29,921 nt of DNA from NCBI GenBank assembly GCA_050287845.1, contig JBNKCR010000064.1:1-29921 (forward strand), in the 5' to 3' direction. Shown piece after piece: positions 1 through 8,338 of this stretch. The position numbers and the translations under genes were made by a program. Under the pieces are notes generated by a model. The model saw only the letters and a list, made by a program, of their open reading frames with translations. It ran no database searches and was not told where the DNA came from. Source of the DNA: Polyangia bacterium. Its GTDB lineage: Bacteria; Myxococcota_A; Polyangia; JAAYKL01. The number at the start of each line of letters is the position of its first letter. The stretch's first letter is position 1.

Positions 1-58
1 TGGTGTGGCATGCATTGCAGCGCTGGATAGGTGCGTCTGGACTGCATGATTTCCCGAC

Positions 59-370
59 GAGCAACTCAATCAAAGGCAGCGTGACCACAAATCACCCGGA
101 ACGAACCTGGGCATTCCGTCTGAACCCTGAATAAAATATCAGATAAACCGCAGATTCATCGCGCATTTCCAAACTTCGTACAACGGAACAATAATCACTC
201 TGAGCCAATTTGCTGAGCAACTCAATCAAAGGCAGCGTGACCACAAATCACCCGGAACGAACCTGGGCATTCCGTCTGAACCCTGAATAAAATATCAAAT
301 CAACCGCAGATTCATCGCGCATTTCCAAACTTCGTACAACGGAACAATAATCACTCTGAGCCAATTTGCT
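59..370. repeat. Tandem duplication of a 156-bp unit (59-214, 215-370)
   Basis: GCAACTCAATCAAAGGC starts at 61 and 217. The copies are identical except ATATCAGATAAACCG vs ATATCAAATCAACCG, and each ends in GAGCCAATTTGCT. Confidence 0.95.
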
Positions 371-413
371 GAGGCCAATTTGCTGAGCCAATTTGCTGAG
401 CCAATTTGCTGAG
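358..413. repeat. 13-bp tandem minisatellite GAGCCAATTTGCT x4 (one copy has an extra G)
   Basis: Copies at 358, 371, 385 and 398, plus a single copy at 202-214. Confidence 0.92.
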
Positions 414-432
414 GAACCAATTGTGAATCGGT

Positions 433-510
433 CTATTCGGTAATCGGGTCGCCGGAGGCGTCGCAGGAGTAGAAGGAATTGTATCCGTCCAATGTTTCGA
501 TTGAAACGTT
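433..510 (-). pseudogene. Orphan gene 3' end, copy A (NVSIETLDGYNSFYSCDASGDPITE*)
   Basis: Matches 1775-1852 with 12 mismatches in 78 nt, 9 of them synonymous in this minus-strand frame. An in-frame stop lies shortly upstream, so there is no full gene. Confidence 0.7.
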
Positions 511-563
511 CATTTTCTTGCAAGACCTATGGGAACTGTCACCTTTCGTCTGTTACCATTTTT

Positions 564-592
564 TTGACTGAAGGCAAATTTCTATCTATCAT
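564..592 (+). promoter_or_regulatory. sigma70-like promoter for the 645-1706 lipoprotein gene
   Basis: TTGACT (564-569)-N17-TATCAT (587-592), followed by AAGGGA RBS at 631-636. Confidence 0.6.
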
Positions 593-644
593 TCCAGGCA
601 TCAGCAATAGATCTTCAAACCCATTTTTCCAAGGGAACTGCGAT

Positions 645-1706
645 ATGAAGTCATGGAGAAACGCAATGCTGTGCGCTTTCGCGCTCGTAATGGTTGGATT
701 GACCGTTGGACTGTCGAGTTGCGATAGTGGTGGCGGTAGTGGCAGTTTTGGCGCCAGCGTAGAGCCGGATCCTGAACCGGTGGGACAGGGGGGGTTGCTG
801 TCCGGATGCACGGTGAGCGAAGATTCGAATACGACAGGGTGTTCGATCCCATCAGGGTGGACAGTGGTGAACCAGGAGAGTTTTGCCGGAGGTCAACTCA
901 ACGGCGCCGGGAGTCCAACGTATTACGCCGCCAATTTGACTCCTGTCGCTGGCGGGATCTCCACGTTGGGAGCGCATACCGGATCGTACGGGCTTGCCTG
1001 CATGACCACCGGGGATGGGTCATTCTGCAACTACAACGTGCAAACTGGGGCCGCCAGCGAGGTGTACATGTCCTATTGGCAGTACCTCGGAGATAACGCA
1101 GTTGCCACACTCGATTTCTATCTGGCGAAGCTGAGTAACAGCCTCGGCCGCGATATCCGTTTCGATCCAAATCCGCCACCGGGGCCCTACCTGACACTGA
1201 TCACGAAGTACCAAATCTACTCGGAGGGAGACGGGAAACGCAGCATCGCCTGCTACAGCGGAAGCGGCTGTACGATCGAAGGACAAGGGTCCGTTTCAGG
1301 GGAACTCAATTGGAACATCTCACCGGGTTCATGGCACCAGTGGGAAGTATGGGTGAAGCACAGCACCTGCGAAGGCAACACACCTGTTCCCGACGGATTC
1401 TTCCATGCTTACCTCAACGGTAGATTGGTCATGAGCATTGTGAACATGAACACGACGCTCTGTCCTTCCTTTGCGGATGACCCGAGCATTAAAGCACAGG
1501 TCGGCGGATACCAGAGTGTGCAGACTGCTTTCAACGCGGCCAACCAGTGTGTCCCTTACGGGAGCGATGAGTACGACCATGCGATGAGCTGTCGGCCACG
1601 GTTTACTGACTGCCCCGAGTTTATGGTGGACGATATTACTCCTTGTTGGGGTAATCAGCAACAATATGAGCGCCATCTTGATGACGTGATCATCATGAAG
1701 CGGTAG
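645..1706 (+). CDS. Lipoprotein with a probable beta-jelly-roll (polysaccharide lyase-like/ConA-like) domain
   Basis: Signal peptide MKSWRN...GLSSC (lipobox) after an RBS. Motifs EVYMSYWQY, GSWHQWEVWVK, DGFFHAYLNG and terminal DDVII resemble polysaccharide-lyase-like sandwich folds. Function is inferred. Confidence 0.75.
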   Translation: MKSWRNAMLCAFALVMVGLTVGLSSCDSGGGSGSFGASVEPDPEPVGQGGLLSGCTVSEDSNTTGCSIPSGWTVVNQESFAGGQLNGAGSPTYYAANLTPVAGGISTLGAHTGSYGLACMTTGDGSFCNYNVQTGAASEVYMSYWQYLGDNAVATLDFYLAKLSNSLGRDIRFDPNPPPGPYLTLITKYQIYSEGDGKRSIACYSGSGCTIEGQGSVSGELNWNISPGSWHQWEVWVKHSTCEGNTPVPDGFFHAYLNGRLVMSIVNMNTTLCPSFADDPSIKAQVGGYQSVQTAFNAANQCVPYGSDEYDHAMSCRPRFTDCPEFMVDDITPCWGNQQQYERHLDDVIIMKR

Positions 1707-1774
1707 CCAGCCAAAAGATGAGACAGTCAACAGTATCTTTGGGCACACCTCCGAACTTGGCGGAAGTGATGACC

Positions 1775-1891
1775 CTATTCGGTAATTGGGGTGTCGGAGG
1801 CGTCGCAGGAGTAAAACGAGTTGTATCCATCGAGTGTTTCGATGGATACGTTGTTGCTCCAGGCGCAGGTGGGCATGCCGCAATCCTGCAT
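1775..1891 (-). pseudogene. Orphan gene 3' end, copy B (MQDCGMPTCAWSNNVSIETLDGYNSFYSCDASDTPITE*)
   Basis: The last 25 codons are 23/25 identical in amino acids to 433-510. The upstream part is cut off near 1900, where the transposase remnant begins. Confidence 0.65.
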
Positions 1892-1904
1892 CGTGGTTAT
1901 GTGA

Positions 1905-2300
1905 TATCTGGAGGAGAACCCGGCGGATGCAGCCAAGTTTGCAGAAGAACAACCGGTACTGGCAGGGATGACCTCGGCATCAATTATTGGACTGGTGTCA
2001 GTCGGAGAACGCGCTGGTCAGCGAGTGCGCAGAGTGTTGCAGGATCCAGCCGAGGGAGTACAGACGGGACATCTCTGTTTTGCATCGCGAGGCTTCAGTT
2101 TGCATGCGGCGACGCGGATTGCCGGAGGGAACGAACAAGGTTTGGAGAACTTGTGCAATTACGTGGCGCGCCCGCCGTTGGCTGCCGGAAGTTTACAACG
2201 CATTTCTAATGAGGAGTACTCTTTCAAACTCAAAACACCATGGTCGGATAGAACCACACATCTTGTACTGTCGCGTTTGGAGTTAATGATGCGCATGGTG
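1905..2300 (+). mobile_element. Internal fragment of an IS91/ISCR-family (Y2, rolling-circle) transposase
   Basis: Reads ...EQPVLAGMTSASIIGLVSVGERAGQRVRR...GFSLHAA...LENLCNYVARPPLA...KLKTPWSDRTTHLVLSRLELM, typical of IS91/ISCR transposases. An in-frame TGA at 1902-1904 precedes it, and the usual following segment (PPPR...RYHG) is absent. Confidence 0.85.
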
Positions 2301-2470
2301 ACATGCCATAACCGACGGCAAGTCAATAAAGAAATATTTCGATGGAGTCGGTCTTCCTTCCGAACCGCCGATACCCATGCCGGCTCGTCCGCCACCACAA
2401 GAAGAGTTTGACTACTACTATGAGGGCGCCTGATTTTAATCAGGCATTTTTAGACCTTTTGAGACAAAGC

Positions 2471-3529
2471 CTAAAACCGAAAAATCGCGACGATGACGGC
2501 GACAACCAGGAGAGCCAGAATGACCATGATGATGCGAAACAGCTTCTGTTGTTTTTCGGCATCATGGATAGTTCGTTCGGCTTCCCGCTGACGGCGGAGT
2601 TCCATTTCGGTACGCTTTCTTGACAGACGCAGCGCTTGTCTACCAAGTTCGTCTTCCACTTCTATGCGCCAGGGCGACTTGCCGGCAAACGCCAGCCACC
2701 ATGCCCGTTTCGGTATGGCCTTTTTGCTCACCTGTTTCATCAATCGCGCTGGCACCACCACTGATGTACTGCAAAACGGACAACTTATCACATCACCCAG
2801 AGTTTTCGCGTCGAGATTTCCTCCGCATTGTGGACACAAAACAGCAATTGCCGTGCCCTGAGACGAAGTCTCCACGGACACTTCTTTGGCACCTGTTCGA
2901 TGCTCCGGCGCCACTGCCGCCACTAATTCATGGTAGGGCGCGTCCACGGGTTTGCAGTACAAGTGTTCAACTCCGCACGAAACACACTGAAGAGACAGCC
3001 CTCGTTGATGAAAACGCGGACGAAACGGCGCTCCACACGTTGTGCAAAGCGGATTTCCCGGCGTCACATCCACTTCAAATTCCACGCCTCCGAAGTAGCT
3101 GTTTCCTTTTGTCAATGTGGACTTGTTTATGCCGATGGAACGAAACATACGGGATATATCATCGTCCTGTTTATCTGCAAACGCCAACCAAAACGATTCT
3201 TCGCTCAGGTCGGGTTGACCGAATCCGGCCAAATCCGCCGTATTATGCGCATGTTCCATAATCTGCTGCCACAATGCCCGGTCGAACTGCTGAGTGATAC
3301 CGCAGTTGCCGCATAAATATCCGTTCAATGTCAAGTGATTCAGCGCCACCTGCGAACCACAACTTCGGCATGTGAACCCGCCGAACAGACACACCATCTG
3401 CACATTTTCGTCTGGCGGCGTCACAGTTATCCGATTGTTTTCGAACTGCGAAAAACAGCAAGAGCACGTATTTTTGCCGGTAGGCGCAATCGATCCGCAG
3501 GAACCACAGATTTCCATTGAACTTCTCAT
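2471..3529 (-). CDS. Multi-zinc-ribbon protein with C-terminal transmembrane anchor
   Basis: Eight CxxC pairs (CGSC, CSCC, CRSC, CGNC, CTTC, CVSC, CPQC, CPFC), a charged helical stretch and a hydrophobic C-terminal helix. Start is 3529 or 3517. Confidence 0.8.
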   Translation of the reverse strand: MRSSMEICGSCGSIAPTGKNTCSCCFSQFENNRITVTPPDENVQMVCLFGGFTCRSCGSQVALNHLTLNGYLCGNCGITQQFDRALWQQIMEHAHNTADLAGFGQPDLSEESFWLAFADKQDDDISRMFRSIGINKSTLTKGNSYFGGVEFEVDVTPGNPLCTTCGAPFRPRFHQRGLSLQCVSCGVEHLYCKPVDAPYHELVAAVAPEHRTGAKEVSVETSSQGTAIAVLCPQCGGNLDAKTLGDVISCPFCSTSVVVPARLMKQVSKKAIPKRAWWLAFAGKSPWRIEVEDELGRQALRLSRKRTEMELRRQREAERTIHDAEKQQKLFRIIMVILALLVVAVIVAIFRF

Positions 3530-4204
3530 ACCAGGTAGAATGCCGAAATTCACCACTTTTTGCAATCCATTGCGACGCCAACATTCAGTCGATGGCTGAA
3601 GACATCTTTTTCGGTCATGAAACAGCGTATCCACCGGCTCCGGATCCCCCATAAAGGCATGCTCGAAGGGGCTTTGCCGATATGCGTTCCATGCAAACTG
3701 CAGAAAGTCCCGTCTACGGAGAGTAAAAGTAATCAGAAAAATTCATGCGTATCATTTGTTTGTCCATGCTGGAATGGTTGCACAGGGACTGCTGCAATAA
3801 CTATCCATAGCGTTCTCCAAAATTGTCGAACAGTTCGATTCATGGATCCGACTGGAACAAAACACTCAATCCTTGCCAAATTTATCGTAGAAAGAGTCGA
3901 CCCTCGTCGTCATGAACAATTACGCCTCATCGCGTAATGACTTACTGAGCAAAAACTCAGTACTCACAAAATAATGAATCTGACAGAAAAAAATTGTTCG
4001 GAATCAGTGGGGGAAGTGTCGTTGGGTTTCACAGAGCCGACAAATCGACTCTTGCATTTTTGAACTGGATTTCAAGGACTGCAAAAGCTGTTTTGCCTGC
4101 AAGCATGTCCATTTCGAAGTCAGCAGACAAAACAGGAATTTGTTGTGCATTGAAGACTCTGATGTGTGATGCGGGAAAATTAAGTGGCGTAGTTTGTGGC
4201 TATA

Positions 4205-5590
4205 TCAATCCGGGAATGTGGTCAATGCGGAGATCTCAAAGGCAGAGAGCGCTCTGTTGAAAACGCGAACAGTATCTATCACACCTTTAAAATACCATCG
4301 CTCGTACCAGTCGTCCGCCCCGATGCTGAGTTTTCCTGTCCCAGACGAAATGAGACCGTCTGCGCTTCCTGTGTAGCTGCACGGTGTTCCGTTCAGATAC
4401 ATCTGCCAGTTGTTGGCGGATGCATATCCGTTCCACGTGACTGCAACATGATTCCACGCATACGCACTGACATCACAGTTGGCTGCCGTCTGACACCCGG
4501 TCATGCCGTTTGCCATGTGATGGCACGCCTCCAGTTTATCGCCGTTGAGACGTATTGAAAAAACATTGCGCCCTTTGCTCGCAATAACGTGATAACCAGG
4601 CGAAACACTTGTTGGATAAATCCAGGCTGCGGCAGTGTACCCGTTTTGAAAGTTGGCAACATTGGTGGATGGGCTATCTGCCACGCCGACACGGTCGTTG
4701 CTTATACCAAAGTAATAGGAACCGGCCGGATTGCCAAATCGATCGCTCAGCAGCACCGGGATCCCTTCGATAGTACCATCGTTGCCGTAGCCGCTCATGT
4801 CATCGGTGTTTCCCCAAAACGGATACCAGGCCACAAGGCTATCGTCCATTTCAAAAGCCAATGTGTAAATCTCGTCTGCGACAAGTCCGCGGTTATAAAT
4901 ATGCACAGAATCAATAATGCCCCCAAAATACCAGCGTTTATACCAATCATCGGAACCAATGGCGATATCGCCTTCGCTGGAGGCGACGAGTCCGGTGACT
5001 GTCCCGGTATATGAACACGCTTCACCATCGAGATACATCTGCCAGTTGTCACCTCTCAGTCCGCCATTCCAGGCGACCGCCACGTGACTCCACTGCCCGG
5101 TTTTGACAGTGCATCCCCGGGCTGTTTGGCAGGAAGTGGCGCCATCTGAGCGATGGTGGCATGCTTCCAGCTTATCGCCGTTCAATCGCAGGGAGAATGC
5201 GTTTTTCCCCTTGCTTGCGATCACATGGTAGCCGGCGGAGACGTCAGACGGGTTGATCCAGGCGGCAATGGTGTAGCCTTTTGAAAAATTCAAAGTGGAT
5301 GTGGAACGGGAATTTGGAATGACGATTTGATCATTCACTGAATCAAACGCATACGCACTGTATTTTTCTCCCACCTGGTCCGTGGTCAGCCGGGCGCCAT
5401 ACACAATACCGTCATTGCCGTAGTCACTCATGTCGTTCGCGTTGCGTTCAAAAGGCAGGTAGACAACCAGACTATTGGAAACGGAGACAAAATCGGTGTT
5501 GCCATTTTGGTCCTGGGCATCCACATTTGTGGAGAAAATTAAACAGCAAAGATACCCAATGCAAATTGTTATTTTTTTGTTTTTCTTCAT
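4205..5590 (-). CDS. Secreted protein with two tandem LamG (concanavalin A-like) domains
   Basis: RBS AAGGAG, then signal peptide MKKNKK...VDA. Two similar domains, each with LVxxxPF..NxxDMSxYGNDG, TxAAWIxP, WxHVAVxW, QMYLxG and YFxGxID. Confidence 0.9.
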   Translation of the reverse strand: MKKNKKITICIGYLCCLIFSTNVDAQDQNGNTDFVSVSNSLVVYLPFERNANDMSDYGNDGIVYGARLTTDQVGEKYSAYAFDSVNDQIVIPNSRSTSTLNFSKGYTIAAWINPSDVSAGYHVIASKGKNAFSLRLNGDKLEACHHRSDGATSCQTARGCTVKTGQWSHVAVAWNGGLRGDNWQMYLDGEACSYTGTVTGLVASSEGDIAIGSDDWYKRWYFGGIIDSVHIYNRGLVADEIYTLAFEMDDSLVAWYPFWGNTDDMSGYGNDGTIEGIPVLLSDRFGNPAGSYYFGISNDRVGVADSPSTNVANFQNGYTAAAWIYPTSVSPGYHVIASKGRNVFSIRLNGDKLEACHHMANGMTGCQTAANCDVSAYAWNHVAVTWNGYASANNWQMYLNGTPCSYTGSADGLISSGTGKLSIGADDWYERWYFKGVIDTVRVFNRALSAFEISALTTFPD

Positions 5591-6336
5591 TTCTTCTTCT
5601 CCTTGCGCCAAAAATAAAGTTGCTGTTATTGGAACGGCGAGCTGATTGAATCCCTGCTGGAATCGTGGTAATCCGGCATCTTTGCGCTTGCATCCGCAGT
5701 CCCTCTGTCGATATGACCATGGCTTCACCTTTATCGGGCCTTTCGGGTGCTTTGCAAAGCGTCTCGTGTTTCCTCGATTTCGTCGGCAGAATCCAATCAA
5801 CCACCGTCCCCGTAGATCAAACCCAAACGGTGTTGTCCCCGGCAACGCAACTCGCTTAAGTTGACGTGTCTGAGTGACTGGTTTCAGTTGAAGTAGAGCG
5901 AAATCAACGTTCAGTTCATTTTGTCCAGCTGAACCGCAAAAGACAATTCTGACTATCCTGCATCAATGTTGAATAGGCACATCGTACAACCGAAAATGCA
6001 AAAGTCAAAAGGTGATTGGGAGTTTAATTTCAAACGCTATATTCAAGCGCATTCGATTATTCAATTTCCAGTGTTGCAGCGCGAAAGCACCGGATCCCGG
6101 TCGATTCGTTTTAATTATTGAGGGCGCTTTCGGTAATCCATTGGCGCATGGCGGCGACTCCCGGTGTGGGCATGTCGTCTACAACGGCCCAGGTTATCAC
6201 CCTCCCTTATAGTCAGGTGTTCAGGATTTCGCATCCGCAGAAACTGCGAACCAGTCCTTGAGCCAGGATACTCGGTGGGTGACAGTGCGAACGACGGTCC
6301 CTGTATCGGTTGACTTCCGTAACAGGGGACATCATC

Positions 6337-7599
6337 TCAATAGAACTGCTTGAAAAAATCCCAATTTGCCTGGGGCACCCAGGTATTATTCTTGCCGTAG
6401 GTTCCCTCGGTCCCCGGTGACCCGATGTGCGGGCCCTTGAAGATGCATGCTCGTGCGGGATACCCTGCGTCGCAACCAGTGTAATCGACACAAACCGGCT
6501 CCATGAGACTGGTGGGATGGCACTGATTGAAGAGATCTTCGGTCTGGCAGCCGTTCCGCGTCGCGAGATCATTGATCTGGGGTTCGCCGAAATTGGGCCA
6601 TGTACACGTACCGTCCTCTGTGCCGTGGGAAATAAAAATAGGCACGGGTCCGCGATTCGACTGGTCACAGCCGCTCATATTTCCGCCGGAGTACATGGCG
6701 ATGGCTCGCATTTTATCAGGCATCGCGCAGGCGAGGGCGTACGACATGGAGCCGCCCATGCTGAAGCCGGAGGCGAAAATGCGTGACGTATCGATGCAAA
6801 GCTCGCTCTCGAACTTGTCGATCATCGCACGGAAGAACGCGAGGTCTCTTTCGCCCTGACCCCATCCGGCACCAATCCCCTCAGGCGCCACAAAAATTGT
6901 GGTGGCCTCACCGCCGGGCGGGTTGGCGAGCTTCCACATCCCAAAGTACTCGTAATTCTCTCTATTATCAGGTTCGCTGTGGGCAACGTTTTCGGCGCTC
7001 CCGTTCATGCAATGATTTGCGAACCATAGCGCATAGGGATGATTCGGGTCGTAGTCGTCGGGGAGGCGGAGAATGTACTCGCGGTTCCCCGCTCCGGCTT
7101 CGGTTACATTGATAGTAAATCTGTCTTCGCCGCTGAGGGATGTTGGCTTGCCACAGCCGGAACTGGGTACGGCATCGTCGCTATCCGTGTCAGTATCTGT
7201 GTCGGTATCCGTGTCGGTATCCGTGTCGGTATCCGTGTCAGTGTCGGTATCCGTGTCGGTATCCGTGTCCGTGTCGGTATCCGTGTCGGTATCCGTGTCA
7301 GTATCGGTATCCGTATCCGTATCGCTATCCGTGTCAGTATCGGTATCCGTGTCCGTGTCGGTATCCGTATCCGTGTCGCTATCCGTATCCGTGTCGCTAT
7401 CCGTATCCGTGTCGCTATCGGTATCCGTGTCGCTATCCGTGTCTGCATCGGAATCTGTATCGCTATCTGAATCCCCGTTTCCATTTTCGGTATCGGTATC
7501 GCTATCCTTGTTTGTCGATTCACCGCAAGACGAAAGTGAGATGCTCAAAATCATCGCACTACCAAAGAAAACAATTTTTCTGAACAATTTCATATTCAT
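6337..7599 (-). CDS. Lipoprotein with a long Asp-Thr/Ser linker and an alpha/beta-hydrolase (feruloyl esterase/LpqC-like) domain
   Basis: Lipobox LSSC, DT repeats, then PSSGCGK, REYILRLPDDYD, FVAPEG, CIDTSRIFASGFSMGG (nucleophile elbow) and HGTED. Confidence 0.88.
   Translation of the reverse strand: MNMKLFRKIVFFGSAMILSISLSSCGESTNKDSDTDTENGNGDSDSDTDSDADTDSDTDTDSDTDTDSDTDTDSDTDTDTDTDTDTDTDTDSDTDTDTDTDTDTDTDTDTDTDTDTDTDTDTDTDTDTDTDTDTDTDTDSDDAVPSSGCGKPTSLSGEDRFTINVTEAGAGNREYILRLPDDYDPNHPYALWFANHCMNGSAENVAHSEPDNRENYEYFGMWKLANPPGGEATTIFVAPEGIGAGWGQGERDLAFFRAMIDKFESELCIDTSRIFASGFSMGGSMSYALACAMPDKMRAIAMYSGGNMSGCDQSNRGPVPIFISHGTEDGTCTWPNFGEPQINDLATRNGCQTEDLFNQCHPTSLMEPVCVDYTGCDAGYPARACIFKGPHIGSPGTEGTYGKNNTWVPQANWDFFKQFY
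7177..7506 (-). repeat. Coding hexamer repeats (GATACC/GACACG/GATAGC) encoding the DT/DS linker
   Basis: Seen directly in the sequence and the translation. Confidence 0.95.
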
Positions 7600-7872
7600 C
7601 ACCATTCCTTGTGTAGAAACAGAGGCATTCACCTCGTTTGGGTCCTTCTGTGAAAACAGAGGCGTTCTCTGTTTCCTGCTGAATAAAATCAAAAAGTGCA
7701 GGTAGAATGGGCAATGCACTTTATTAAATGTGTAGGGGTTCAAGATCAATACAGGGTGGATTTTTTACAAAATAAATTTTCACTTTTTCCAGAAACAGGG
7801 GATGAAAGCCTCCCTCCTGTGTCTTTATCGATGTCATCACCGGAGTGGAAATCCGATTCAGATAATCCAACT

Positions 7873-8010
7873 TCAATGCCGTTTCATCCACATGATTTTA
7901 CCATCCATATCCACGGTGAACGACACCACAGGCAATGCCTTCAGATTCTGCTGAACCATTTTCAACGCCCTGGCCTCTTCGTCCTGACGTTTCTTCCTGG
8001 AACCAAACAT
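7873..8010 (-). pseudogene. Truncated PAS-like N-terminus (45 aa), probable sensor/chemoreceptor remnant
   Basis: MFGSRKKRQDEEARALKMVQQNLKALPVVSFTVDMDGKIMWMKRH*. LPxxxFxVDxDGKI-WM resembles the start of a PAS domain, and a shifted frame continues ETALKL. Confidence 0.45.
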
Positions 8011-8338
8011 GCCAACCGCCTTGAAATACCCCCAGTTCAGGTGATCATGATAAATCAGTGTTTACGAACTCCCGGGCGCCAACGCAGAACACCACATCCG
8101 ATTCTGCCTGGGTTGTCTGTACACAGTGAAACCGCAGCGGAAAAAACAACAATGACAATCAGCAATATCGGTATTCGGTTAAGCGGTGCAAACAATTCAT
8201 CCCGGGCCACAATTCACCGGTGATGCATCATTCAGACGCAGAGGATAAAACGACAAAAAATTATGAAATTTCAGATTCCGATTAAAAAAAGAAACAGAAT
8301 GAATTCGCATAACCGCGACGCAGCCGGATGTATTGACT

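Noticed and set aside
59..420. CRISPR array
   Set aside because: The repeats are contiguous or separated by duplicated rather than unique spacers, and there are no cas genes. The same applies to 29434-29516.
3919..3962. Two adjacent 7-bp hairpins (ATTACGC/GCGTAAT, TACTGAG/CTCAGTA)
   Set aside because: The stems are short and far from any stop codon, so a terminator or ncRNA cannot be supported.
5660..5765. c-di-GMP-I (GEMM)-like riboswitch on the minus strand upstream of the LamG gene
   Set aside because: Fragments such as GCAAA..CCGAAAGG, AAGCC..GGTC..GACAG and GCCGGATTACC are present, but I could not fold a canonical P1-P3 with correct spacing. An Infernal search with the c-di-GMP-I model would settle it.
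7039..7705. SV-, RI- and CRYP-repeat ORFs
   Set aside because: These are alternative-frame shadows of the DT hexamer repeat.
7696..8223. 175-aa plus-strand ORF
   Set aside because: No RBS or motif. It overlaps the better-supported minus-strand PAS remnant and the esterase upstream region.
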